Below, piece after piece: positions 34,047-43,267 of a stretch of DNA of 63,029 nucleotides. The translations under genes and the position numbers were made by a program. Origin of the DNA: Candidatus Omnitrophota bacterium (GTDB taxonomy: Bacteria > Omnitrophota > Gorgyraeia > Zapsychrales > Zapsychraceae); assembly GCA_018812705.1 (NCBI GenBank), contig JAHJCZ010000155.1, forward strand, positions 1-63,029, read 5' to 3'. The notes under the pieces were generated by a model that made no database searches, was not told where the DNA came from, and saw only the letters and a program-made list of their open reading frames with translations. Positions within the stretch are counted from its first letter, which is position 1; the number at the start of each line of letters is the position of its first letter.

Positions 34047-34577
34047 TCACAATTTTTCAACTTGCCAATATTCAAGTTCAACAAGAGTTGATCTTCCAAA
34101 GATAGAAACACTCACTTTTAACTTTCCCCTGTCAGGATATAGCTCCATAACTATCCCATTAAAATTGGCAAAAGGCCCTTGCGCTATTCTAATAGACTCG
34201 CCAACTTCAAAACTAGTTTTTGGAGTAGGTTTTGTTTCTGTATCTTCTGTTCTTCTTAAAATCGCATTAACTTCATCCATAGAAATAGGTGTTGGTTTTC
34301 TACCCGGTCCAATAAATCCAGTAATACCTGGAGTGCTCTTTACCAGATACCAACTTTCCTTATTCATTTCCATGTTTATAATGATATATCCAGGAAAAAA
34401 CTTTCTTGCAGTAATACGTTTTTTGCCGCCTCGTATTTCAGAAACTTGTTCAGTAGGAACAACTATCTCTTGCACATATTCTTTAAGAGCAGTAGTTGCC
34501 ATACGGTTTTCTAAACCCGCCTTGGCTTTTTCTTCTGATCCTGTCTGCGTATGTACAACATACCACTTTTTTTCCAT
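34047..34577 (-). CDS. nusG: Transcription termination/antitermination factor NusG
   Basis: WYVVHT..G.E, FFPGY, KOW GPFANF.G, IFGR.T.VEL. Confidence 0.99.
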   Translation of the reverse strand: MEKKWYVVHTQTGSEEKAKAGLENRMATTALKEYVQEIVVPTEQVSEIRGGKKRITARKFFPGYIIINMEMNKESWYLVKSTPGITGFIGPGRKPTPISMDEVNAILRRTEDTETKPTPKTSFEVGESIRIAQGPFANFNGIVMELYPDRGKLKVSVSIFGRSTLVELEYWQVEKL

Positions 34578-34584
34578 TTTATTA

Positions 34585-34770
34585 TTACCTAATTATAAGT
34601 CCTAACAATTTTGAAAGAACAAAATCGACAACTGCAATAAATATCCCCAAAAATGAAGAACTCAAAATGATTATCCACGTCGCATCGATCAATTCCTTCT
34701 TATTTGACCATGAAACTTTCTTAAGCTCGACTACGACTTCTGAAATAAATTTTTTTATTTTAACTAACAT
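34585..34770 (-). CDS. secE: Preprotein translocase SecE
   Basis: ELKKVSW plus one TM helix; position upstream of nusG. Confidence 0.95.
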   Translation of the reverse strand: MLVKIKKFISEVVVELKKVSWSNKKELIDATWIIILSSSFLGIFIAVVDFVLSKLLGLIIR

Positions 34771-34781
34771 AATTTTAAAAA

Positions 34782-34855
34782 CAGGCCTGGTAGGATTTGA
34801 ACCTACAACCTTCGGTTTTGGAGACCGTCGCTCTGCCAGTTGGAGCTACAGGCCT
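34782..34855 (-). tRNA. trnW: tRNA-Trp(CCA); 3' CCA not encoded
   Basis: Acceptor AGGCCTG/CAGGCCT, anticodon loop CT-CCA-AA, GTTCAAATC T-loop. Confidence 0.96.
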
Positions 34856-34870
34856 AGCTATCCACAAAAC

Positions 34871-35023
34871 CTATTTCTTCATTTCTTTATGGACAGTATG
34901 CTTTCGGTCAAAGCGACAATATTTTTTTAACTCGATTTTGTCGGGATGTTTCTTCTTATCCTTAGTACTGCTATAGTTGATTTGGTTGCATTCAGCGCAT
35001 TGGAATCTAATAGGTTCTCTCAT
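34871..35023 (-). CDS. rpmG: 50S ribosomal protein L33 (below the ORF-track cutoff)
   Basis: Manual translation MREPIRFQCAECNQINYSSTKDKKKHPDKIELKKYCRFDRKHTVHKEMKK*. Confidence 0.96.
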   Translation of the reverse strand: MREPIRFQCAECNQINYSSTKDKKKHPDKIELKKYCRFDRKHTVHKEMKK

Positions 35024-35096
35024 TTTTAACTCTCTATAATAAAACTAATTCAAAATATATTTGGATTTTTCCGTCTAGCTCACTTGACTTTCTCAA

Positions 35097-35169
<73 letters not shown>

Positions 35170-35188
35170 AATAGATAAAGAGATTTCA

Positions 35189-35216
35189 AGTATACCGAAT
35201 ATTTTCATGTTGTCAA
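35189..35216 (-). promoter_or_regulatory. Sigma70-type promoter heading the ribosomal super-operon
   Basis: TTGACA-16nt-TATACT with an AT-rich upstream tract, ending 19 nt before tRNA-Thr. Confidence 0.8.
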
Positions 35217-35284
35217 GTATTTTATTAATTTATTTTTGATTCTAATTGGCTTGAATTGTTGAAGTTACAAACGTAAAAAATAAA

Positions 35285-36457
35285 TCAAACAATTTTTAAA
35301 AAACGTCTTTTTCCTACCTTTAGTAATCCTACTTTTAGTTCCCATTCTTCAGTAAAAATTTTTTCTCCATCACAACTAATAGCACCTTGTTTAATTAGCC
35401 TCCTAAATTCGTTTTTTGATTCAACAAGGTTATTTTCCAACAAAACATCAACTAATTTTGTGCCTTTTCCATCATTTTTAGCATATTCAGCAATATTTTC
35501 CGGTGTTTTCCCCAGGCTAAAAATATTTTCAAAATCATTTTTAGCTCGAAGAGCCTCTTTTTCATCATAAAATTGGCTTACGATCTCTTGTCCCAATTTC
35601 ATCTTAGCTTCTTTAGGATGCATACTTTTCAACTCATCAAGGTCAAAATCAGTCAATATTTCAATATATCTAAACATCAATTCATCACTAATAGACATTA
35701 ATTTACCAAAAATCTCTTTTGGAGGTTCGTCAATTCCAATGTAATTACCCAAAGATTTACTCATCTTTTTAACCCCATCCAATCCTTCCAATAATGGTGT
35801 CATAATAATTACTTGCGGCTCCTGTCCCTTTACTTCCTGCAATTGGCGACCCATAAGCAAATTAAACTTCTGATCACTGCCTCCTAACTCTATATCAGCT
35901 TCTAAATGAACTGAATCATATCCTTGTAACAAAGGATAAAGGAACTCCATTATGCTTATTTCCGAACCAGCTTCATATCTTTTTTTAAAATCAGATCGCG
36001 CTAACATTTGAGCCACTGTTGAATGTGCAGTCAATTCAAGCATTTCTTGAGCTGTTAACTTACTTAACCAATCATAATTATAAACAATTTTAATTTTTTT
36101 AGGGTCTTGATCTAATATTTTCAATGCTTGCTTTGCATAAGTTTTTGCATTTTTACGAATATCTGATAGATCAATTGCTGGACGCAATTCATTTCGTCCC
36201 GTAGGATCGCCAACTAAAGCAGTGAAATCCCCAATAAGAAATAAAACTTTATGACCAAGATCTTGAAATTGTCTTAACTTTCTTAGAAGAACTACATGCC
36301 CCAAGTGGATATCGGGTGCGGTGGGATCAAAACCTGCTTTTACTCGCAATGGTTTTTTATTTTTTTTACTTTCCTGAAGTTTTTTCTCTAAGCTCTTTAA
36401 ATCAATAATTTCAGCCGACCCTCGAGAAATCTTCTTTATTTGATCCTTTATTTCCAT
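35285..36457 (-). CDS. tyrS: Tyrosine--tRNA ligase
   Basis: GFDPTAPDIHLGH (HIGH), KMSKS, ELGGSDQKFN, C-terminal S4-like domain; ATG 36457 preferred, GTG 36472 possible. Confidence 0.97.
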   Translation of the reverse strand: MEIKDQIKKISRGSAEIIDLKSLEKKLQESKKNKKPLRVKAGFDPTAPDIHLGHVVLLRKLRQFQDLGHKVLFLIGDFTALVGDPTGRNELRPAIDLSDIRKNAKTYAKQALKILDQDPKKIKIVYNYDWLSKLTAQEMLELTAHSTVAQMLARSDFKKRYEAGSEISIMEFLYPLLQGYDSVHLEADIELGGSDQKFNLLMGRQLQEVKGQEPQVIIMTPLLEGLDGVKKMSKSLGNYIGIDEPPKEIFGKLMSISDELMFRYIEILTDFDLDELKSMHPKEAKMKLGQEIVSQFYDEKEALRAKNDFENIFSLGKTPENIAEYAKNDGKGTKLVDVLLENNLVESKNEFRRLIKQGAISCDGEKIFTEEWELKVGLLKVGKRRFLKIV

Positions 36458-36467
36458 GATATGAATA

Positions 36468-36495
36468 GGCACCTTCCTTATATAAGGAAGGTGCC
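36468..36495. repeat. Perfect 28-bp palindrome between rpsA and tyrS
   Basis: GGCACCTTCCTTAT-ATAAGGAAGGTGCC. Confidence 0.9.
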
Positions 36496-36538
36496 ATCAA
36501 TTTGTTTCTAAAGATTATCCGTAAAGCAACTTCTGGCG

Positions 36539-38086
36539 TTACTGCTTAGCGCTAACACCAATTTTCATTTGCTCAACATCAACCTTAATTATCTTTACGA
36601 TTAATTTATCTCCTGGCTTCAAAGCATCTGCTTTTTCTTTCTCGATCTCAGATGAATAAACCAAAGCTTCAACGTCATTTTCCAGCTTTACAAAAACACC
36701 AAAATTAGAATTTAACACAACTTCTGCCTCTATTTCCAATCCCACAGTATACTTTTCAGAAATACTTTCCCAAGGATTGCTTGTAAGTTGCTTTAATCCT
36801 AAATTAATTTTTCTGTTTTCTGAATCAACAGCCAGAACAACAACTTCAACTTCATGACCTTTTTCAAAAACATCTTGAGGATGATTGATTTTCTTTGTCC
36901 ATGACATATCAGAAATATGTATCATTCCTTCAAGGCCTGAATCAAGTTCGATAAAAGCTCCATAATCAGTAAAACCTCTGATTTTACCTTTAACCTTAGC
37001 TCCAACAGTATATTTTGCTTCTGCTTCTAGCCAAGGATTGTTCTCTAGTTGCTTCATGCTTAATGAGATTCTCTTTGAATCCTTATCAACATTAATAACT
37101 TGAACTTCAATCTCATCCCCGACCTTAAACATTTCTTGAGGATTAACTAATTTTTTCTGCCAAGTTATTTCTGATGAATGCAACAATCCTTCAATACCTT
37201 TTTCTATTTCAACAAAAACACCATAAGGCATTACATTTACTATCTTACCCTTAGCTTTTTGACCCGTAGGATATTTTTCGTAAATATCTGCCCATGGATT
37301 TTCAACGATTTGCTTTAATCCTAAAGAAACCTTTGAATTATCTTTATCAAAATCCAAAATAAGGACTTCAACTTTATCTCCAATAGATACGATCTCAGAT
37401 GGATGATTAATTCTAGTCCAGCTCATATCAGTGATATGCAATAGGCCATCAACACCGCCGAGATCAACAAAGGCACCGAAGTCTGTTATCCCTTTAACAA
37501 CGCCCATTCTCTTTTGACCTTTTCCAAGCTCTCCCCACAACTGGTCTCTAACAACTTCTTTCTCTTTCTGAACAACTTCGCGACGAGAAAGAATAAGATT
37601 GCGTCTTGGCTTATTTAATTTTGCAACTTGGAACTTATATCTGCTTGCCATTATTTCGTCTGAAGAAACTCCTCTAAAAGCAGATAGAGACATTGGTAAA
37701 AATGCTTCAATGCCTTCTGTATCCACAATAAAGCCACCTCTTACTTGCTTGACAATCCTTCCCTCTACAGAATCACCTTCATTGATTGAATCACCTAGCT
37801 TCATCCAACCTTTAAGTTTTTCTGCTTTTTGACGGGAAAGAACCAAGCGGCCTTCGTCATCTTCAATTGATTCTATCAAAATATCTAATACTGTACCGAT
37901 CTTAAGATCTTCCATATTCCGAAACTCTTCAATCGGAACAAAGCCTTCTGACTTAAAACCAATATCAACAACAGCTTCCTTGTCATTAAAAGCAACAACC
38001 GTCCCTAAGACAATTTCTCCTTCCTTAATATCTCGAAATGTTTCACTATACATTTCGGCCATCAATGATTTCTTTTCTTCACTCAT
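36539..38086 (-). CDS. rpsA: 30S ribosomal protein S1
   Basis: Tandem S1 repeats: DIGFKSEG, FGAFVDLGGVDGLLHITDMSW, GLLHSSEI, GMIHISDMSW. Confidence 0.98.
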   Translation of the reverse strand: MSEEKKSLMAEMYSETFRDIKEGEIVLGTVVAFNDKEAVVDIGFKSEGFVPIEEFRNMEDLKIGTVLDILIESIEDDEGRLVLSRQKAEKLKGWMKLGDSINEGDSVEGRIVKQVRGGFIVDTEGIEAFLPMSLSAFRGVSSDEIMASRYKFQVAKLNKPRRNLILSRREVVQKEKEVVRDQLWGELGKGQKRMGVVKGITDFGAFVDLGGVDGLLHITDMSWTRINHPSEIVSIGDKVEVLILDFDKDNSKVSLGLKQIVENPWADIYEKYPTGQKAKGKIVNVMPYGVFVEIEKGIEGLLHSSEITWQKKLVNPQEMFKVGDEIEVQVINVDKDSKRISLSMKQLENNPWLEAEAKYTVGAKVKGKIRGFTDYGAFIELDSGLEGMIHISDMSWTKKINHPQDVFEKGHEVEVVVLAVDSENRKINLGLKQLTSNPWESISEKYTVGLEIEAEVVLNSNFGVFVKLENDVEALVYSSEIEKEKADALKPGDKLIVKIIKVDVEQMKIGVSAKQ

Positions 38087-38166
38087 AAAAATAATACCTC
38101 TTTCTTTTTATTTTCTTCAGACATAAAAACAGCTAAAAAACAGCTATCCCGAAATCTGAGGACACC

Positions 38167-38194
38167 ATTATCTCAAAATATGTCAATTTGTCAA
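38167..38194 (-). promoter_or_regulatory. Sigma70-type promoter of rpsA
   Basis: TTGACA (38194-38189)-16nt-TGn-GATAAT; a second TTGACA at 38186-38181. Confidence 0.6.
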
Positions 38195-38231
38195 ATAAAA
38201 TTATTCGAGAAAACAGATATTTTTAAGAAAA

Positions 38232-38822
38232 CTACCTTTTGGCAAGATCTTCAACTGTATCCATTATTTTTTGTGCAATTTTAAGATAAGGCAGATCACT
38301 CTTTGAAAAATTGAGAGGCTCTCCAAACCTAACCAATGCTGGAAGCCTTTTGACCGTCCTTGAACCAGGAGGAAAAACCTTATCTGTTCCGCTAACATAT
38401 ATAGGAATCACAGGTAAACCGCTTTTGACTGCGATCAAACCGATCCCAGCCTGAACTTCACTCTCCTCTCCTTCACGAACTCTAGTACCTTCGGGAAACA
38501 TTAAAATCGGCAAATTCCTCTTTAGCCTTCGCATAATCTCTTTTATTGCCCCAATATCAGAAGATTCCCTTTTAATAGGAAATGCCTCAAGCTGCTTAAG
38601 ATACCAGCCAAAAAACTTATTCTTAAACAATGAATCTTTTGCAAGAAAACTGATCCTACGCGTACAACATATCGGTATTAAAATCGGGTCTAAATGGCTT
38701 CTATGGTTGCTTGCAAAAATAAAAGCTCCTTTTGAAGGAATATTCTTTTGCCCATAGACTTTTAATGGAAAGAAAAATATTCTAACAAACCTAACCACAA
38801 CCCATGTTATCCAATAAATCAT
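38232..38822 (-). CDS. plsC: 1-acyl-sn-glycerol-3-phosphate acyltransferase
   Basis: NHRSHLDP, FPEGTR motifs. Confidence 0.92.
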   Translation of the reverse strand: MIYWITWVVVRFVRIFFFPLKVYGQKNIPSKGAFIFASNHRSHLDPILIPICCTRRISFLAKDSLFKNKFFGWYLKQLEAFPIKRESSDIGAIKEIMRRLKRNLPILMFPEGTRVREGEESEVQAGIGLIAVKSGLPVIPIYVSGTDKVFPPGSRTVKRLPALVRFGEPLNFSKSDLPYLKIAQKIMDTVEDLAKR

Positions 38823-38832
38823 TTTACGAATT

Positions 38833-40260
38833 CTAAGTTCTTTTTAGGAGTTTTTCACCTATTTTAATTAACTCCTTAGCTTTTTTCAATGACTTTGCTT
38901 CAGAATAAGCCCTTACGAGGGGCTCGGTACCTGATGGTCTTAACATAAGCCAGCTGTCATCATCACAAATAAGTTTAATTCCGTCAAAATCTTTAACTTC
39001 AACAACTTTTCTGCCTAAAAGCGTTTTGATAGATTTGATATCACTTTGCCTATACGCTTTTGGGTCAACCTCAACATCAGAACGTTCATAATAATATCTA
39101 CCAAACTCTTTTTCCATATCACTTAAAATTTGCTTTATATTTTTCTTCTCGCAAACCATCATTTCAAGCAAAAGCAAACCTGCTAAAGTTCCATCTCTCT
39201 CGGGAATATAATCTTGAACACCCATTCCGCCAGCTTCTTCTCCGCCACAAATAATTTCTTCATTGATCATAAGATCAGAAATATATTTAAAACCTACAGG
39301 CGTTTCATATAATTTTAAACCTAATTTTTTTGCAATGTTGTCCATTATCATTGAACCACAAGTTGTTTTAACCACGCCACCTTTACGACCACAATTTCTA
39401 ACCAAATGCAATGTTAGAAGGCCTAATATCTTTTGTGGACTGATAAACTCTCCCCCAGGAGCAACAGCTGCTATTCTGTCTGCATCACCATCTAAGACCA
39501 ACCCTAAGTCAAACTTTTCTTCTTTAACTCTTTTTAGAATTCCTGGCAAATACTCTTCTACCGGTTCTGGCTTAGTGCCTGCAAAAGAAGGATTTACTTC
39601 AGCGCGCATAAGTTCAACTTTGATATTGCCTCCTTTTAAAACTTCTTCCAATATTCTTCCGCCACTACCATGCATAACATCCTGAATAACTTTAAATTTA
39701 GCCTTTTTGATCTTTTTAAGATCAATGTAGCTTTTCATGAACTTAAGATAATTTGTTTTAAAATCAAAGATCTCGATCTTCTTTTCCTTAATAGCCTGAT
39801 CCAATTCTACAGTCTTAACTTTTGTTTTTCCTAAAAATTCTTCAACTTTATTAGTAACTTCTTCTGGGGCGCCTCCTCCAAGGCTCGTTTTTATCTTAAT
39901 TCCATTGAATTTTGCAGGATTGTGGCTTGCCGTGATCATTATTCCTGCAACACCTTTTACTTGAACCACCCCAAAGCTTAATGCCGGAGTTGGAATGGCT
40001 ATATCAGAAAGGTATACCTCTAAATTGTTTGCGGCTAAAATACAGCTCACGATCTGCGCATATTCTTTTGATAAAAATCTTGTATCATATCCAACAGCGA
40101 TTTTATTTTTCTTTCCCTTTAAAACCTTAAAATCTTTCTTGATCCATTCGCTGATTGCTTGTGCAACAAAAGCAACATTCTTAAATGTAAAATTATCAGA
40201 GATAACTCCTCTCCATCCATCCGTACCAAATTTAATTTGACTTCTTAATTCTTTGATCAT
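38833..40260 (-). CDS. Phosphoglucomutase/phosphomannomutase family protein
   Basis: FGTDGWRG, ITASHNP, DGDADR, GEEAGG, RPSGTEP. Confidence 0.93.
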   Translation of the reverse strand: MIKELRSQIKFGTDGWRGVISDNFTFKNVAFVAQAISEWIKKDFKVLKGKKNKIAVGYDTRFLSKEYAQIVSCILAANNLEVYLSDIAIPTPALSFGVVQVKGVAGIMITASHNPAKFNGIKIKTSLGGGAPEEVTNKVEEFLGKTKVKTVELDQAIKEKKIEIFDFKTNYLKFMKSYIDLKKIKKAKFKVIQDVMHGSGGRILEEVLKGGNIKVELMRAEVNPSFAGTKPEPVEEYLPGILKRVKEEKFDLGLVLDGDADRIAAVAPGGEFISPQKILGLLTLHLVRNCGRKGGVVKTTCGSMIMDNIAKKLGLKLYETPVGFKYISDLMINEEIICGGEEAGGMGVQDYIPERDGTLAGLLLLEMMVCEKKNIKQILSDMEKEFGRYYYERSDVEVDPKAYRQSDIKSIKTLLGRKVVEVKDFDGIKLICDDDSWLMLRPSGTEPLVRAYSEAKSLKKAKELIKIGEKLLKRT

Positions 40261-40290
40261 AACAACTCCTCAAAAAGTTTATTCAAATAG

Positions 40291-40863
40291 TTAAATGTAT
40301 AGTTTTTTTCTCTTAATATATTTGAGAACCTTTTCAGGTAAAAGATATTTAACAGTTTTGCCCAATCTCAAACATTTCCTGACTCCAGATGATGAAATAT
40401 CTAATCCTGGCATATCAATAGTCTTTACCTTGATCTTTGAATCTTCAACATTAAACCCTGGACGATTGACAACAACAAAGTCTGCAAGTTTAACTATATC
40501 TTCAATATGCTTCCATGTATCCAGTGTTGAAAAAGAATCTTCCCCTATAATGAAGTATAATTTTGCTTTCTCAAGATACAATTTATAAAAGTGTTCGACT
40601 GTATCAATACTATATGATCTTCCTTCTCTTTTAATTTCAAAATCAGAAATATCGAAATATGGATTACCTTCAATTGCCATTTGCACCATACGATATCTCT
40701 GAGCTGGTGGAAGAACATTCTTGCTGCTTTTATGCGGAGGTAGATTCGACGGAACAAAAAAGACCTTCTCAAGATCCAAATTCTCTCTTGCTCTCTGCGC
40801 AATAGCCAAGTGACCAATGTGTACAGGATTAAATGTGCCTCCAAGAATTCCAATGCGCTTCAT
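40291..40863 (-). CDS. nadD: Nicotinate-nucleotide adenylyltransferase
   Basis: GGTFNPVHIGH, PPHK, SYSIDT, ISSS..R. Confidence 0.96.
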   Translation of the reverse strand: MKRIGILGGTFNPVHIGHLAIAQRARENLDLEKVFFVPSNLPPHKSSKNVLPPAQRYRMVQMAIEGNPYFDISDFEIKREGRSYSIDTVEHFYKLYLEKAKLYFIIGEDSFSTLDTWKHIEDIVKLADFVVVNRPGFNVEDSKIKVKTIDMPGLDISSSGVRKCLRLGKTVKYLLPEKVLKYIKRKKLYI

Positions 40864-40890
40864 CAGTTTATCTCAACTTCCTATAACTAC

Positions 40891-42156
40891 TTATTCCCTT
40901 ATCTGACCTTGACCATAAACCATATACTTGTAAGTAGTCAGTTCTTCAAGGGCCATTGGGCCTCTTGCATGCAATTTATCTGTACTAATGCCTATTTCCG
41001 CACCAAAACCAAATTCATATCCATCTGTAAATCTCGTTGAAGCATTAACATATAGACATGACGAATCAACAGATCTTAAAAAGATATCCGCTTCTTTTTT
41101 ATCTTTTGTAATTATCGCATCTGAATGCTGTGAGCCATAATTATTAATATGTTCTATCGCCTGTTTAACATCATCAACAACTTTTACAGACAAAATCAAA
41201 TCTAAATACTCTTCATTCCAATCTTTTTCCGTCGCTGCTTTTGCACACTTAATTATCGCTTTTGTTCTCTTACAACCTCTAATTTCAACACCTGCCTCTA
41301 ATAATTCAGATGCTATCTCTGGTAAAAATTTCTTGGCTATTGCCTTATGCACAAGCATTGTTTCCATAGCATTGCAAACGCCTGGCCTTTGAACCTTTGC
41401 ATTAAAACATATTGTTCTTGCCATTTTAAGGTCAGCTTTATTGCTTACATATGTATGGCACACCCCTTTATAATGCTTTATAACAGGGATGCTTGAGTTT
41501 TCTGCAACAAATCTAATAAGGCCTTCGCCTCCGCGAGGAACAATAAGGTCAACATAATCATTGAGACCGAGCAGAACATTAATAGCTTCCCTATCAGTTG
41601 AAGCAACTAATTGAATTGCCTCTTGGGGAATTTTTGTCTTCTTTACAGCCTTTTTCATGACAGAAAAAATAGCTTTGTTTGAATAAAAAGCTTCTTTTCC
41701 TCCTTTGAGTATAACTGAATTCCCTGATTTTAAACATAAACCTATACAATCACTGGTTACATTTGGACGTGATTCGTAAATAATGCCAATAACACCTATC
41801 GGAGTTCTTACTTTTTTAATATTTAATCCATTTGGTCTTTTAAACGAAGTGATCACATCTCCCACTGGATCTTTTAATTTTGCAGTATCCAATAAGCACT
41901 GAACCATGGCTTTAATTCTTTTATCATTAAGCAACAACCTGTCGATCAAAGCTTCTGAATAACCCTGCTTTTTAGCAAAAACAATATCTTTTTTATTTTC
42001 TTTCTTCAAATATTCGGCATTATCTTTTATTGCCTTTGCCATAGCCTTTAAAGCAGCGTTCTTAAAAGATGTTGGGATCAAAGAAAGCAGGAATGAAGCA
42101 TTCTTGGCTTTTTTAGCCATAGCTATCACATCTTTTCTAGCATTATTATTTTTCAT
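40891..42156 (-). CDS. proA: Gamma-glutamyl phosphate reductase
   Basis: IYESRPNVT, VPRGGEGL, CNAMET, NASTRF.DG, KLHARGP; ATG 42156 preferred. Confidence 0.97.
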   Translation of the reverse strand: MKNNNARKDVIAMAKKAKNASFLLSLIPTSFKNAALKAMAKAIKDNAEYLKKENKKDIVFAKKQGYSEALIDRLLLNDKRIKAMVQCLLDTAKLKDPVGDVITSFKRPNGLNIKKVRTPIGVIGIIYESRPNVTSDCIGLCLKSGNSVILKGGKEAFYSNKAIFSVMKKAVKKTKIPQEAIQLVASTDREAINVLLGLNDYVDLIVPRGGEGLIRFVAENSSIPVIKHYKGVCHTYVSNKADLKMARTICFNAKVQRPGVCNAMETMLVHKAIAKKFLPEIASELLEAGVEIRGCKRTKAIIKCAKAATEKDWNEEYLDLILSVKVVDDVKQAIEHINNYGSQHSDAIITKDKKEADIFLRSVDSSCLYVNASTRFTDGYEFGFGAEIGISTDKLHARGPMALEELTTYKYMVYGQGQIRE

Positions 42157-42178
42157 AAAATCACCCAATTATTGTTCT

Positions 42179-43267
42179 TCACCTCGCACACAATACAAGA
42201 TTATCTCTATGGATAGCCTCTAACTTTCCCTTCTTCTCTTTGATTTTCTGAAGCTCAGTCATCGAATAACTTACAACACCACGTGCGATCTCGTTCTTTG
42301 ACTTATCCTGAACAACGACGACATCATCCTTCTTAAAATGCCCATCCCATGAAACGATACCTGGAAGAAGAAGGCTCATCCCTCCTTTAAGCAGAGCATC
42401 TTTAGCCCCATCATCTATCACTAACACACCTTTTGGTTTTACTCCAAAAGAAATCCAGTGTTTACGCGCCAACAATTTCTCTTTTTTTTCTAAGAAGTAT
42501 GTCCCGATTCGCTCTCCTTTTAATATTCGCAACAATACGTTTTCTGTCTTACCATTTGCAATAATACATGGAATATTTGCCTGTGTAACAACTTTAACTG
42601 CTTCCAGCTTTGCCTTCATTCCGCCTTTTGAAATATGTTTTTTTACCGCTCCCGACGCAATGCCTTCAATTTCTCTAGTGATTTCCTGTATCTCTTCAAA
42701 TATTTTTTTGTCCTTACTGTTCAGATCATACAACCCATCAACATCAGAAAGCATTACAAGAAGGTCTGCCTGAACTAAACTCGCCACTAACGAAGAGAGC
42801 TTATCATTATCTCCAAATTTAATTTCATCAGTAGAAACAGTATCGTTCTCATTAATAATCGGAATGATACCCATGTCTAACATCGCTTTTAAAGTATTAC
42901 GCGCATTATTAAATCTAGATCGATTATCAAAATCATCCCAAGTTAACAAAACTTGAGCACATTTTGATTTATATTTTGCAAACAGTTCATTATACTTTTT
43001 CATTAGAACTGTTTGTCCTATTGCAGCTAAAGCCTGAATCGTGGCAAGATCTCCTGGACGAGTTTTATGATTTAACTCACCCATACCAAGAACGATCGCC
43101 CCTGAACTAACAAGAATTACATCAATGCCCTCATTCTTTAATTTACAGATCTGCGCTGCCAAAGAACGCAATTGTGCTGTTCTTGGTTTCATTTTGTAAG
43201 TTGCTATAACACTTGAACCAACTTTAACAACTATTCTTCTGACTTTTCTTGGGAATTTTCTAGACAT
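42179..43267 (-). CDS. proB: Glutamate 5-kinase with PUA domain
   Basis: VVKVGSS, VSSGAI, NENDTV, FGDND.L, GGMKAK. Confidence 0.97.
   Translation of the reverse strand: MSRKFPRKVRRIVVKVGSSVIATYKMKPRTAQLRSLAAQICKLKNEGIDVILVSSGAIVLGMGELNHKTRPGDLATIQALAAIGQTVLMKKYNELFAKYKSKCAQVLLTWDDFDNRSRFNNARNTLKAMLDMGIIPIINENDTVSTDEIKFGDNDKLSSLVASLVQADLLVMLSDVDGLYDLNSKDKKIFEEIQEITREIEGIASGAVKKHISKGGMKAKLEAVKVVTQANIPCIIANGKTENVLLRILKGERIGTYFLEKKEKLLARKHWISFGVKPKGVLVIDDGAKDALLKGGMSLLLPGIVSWDGHFKKDDVVVVQDKSKNEIARGVVSYSMTELQKIKEKKGKLEAIHRDNLVLCAR

Noticed and set aside
34782-34855. Possible TGA recoding (code 4/25)
   Set aside because: The tRNA-Trp anticodon is CCA and TGA acts as a normal stop for several conserved genes
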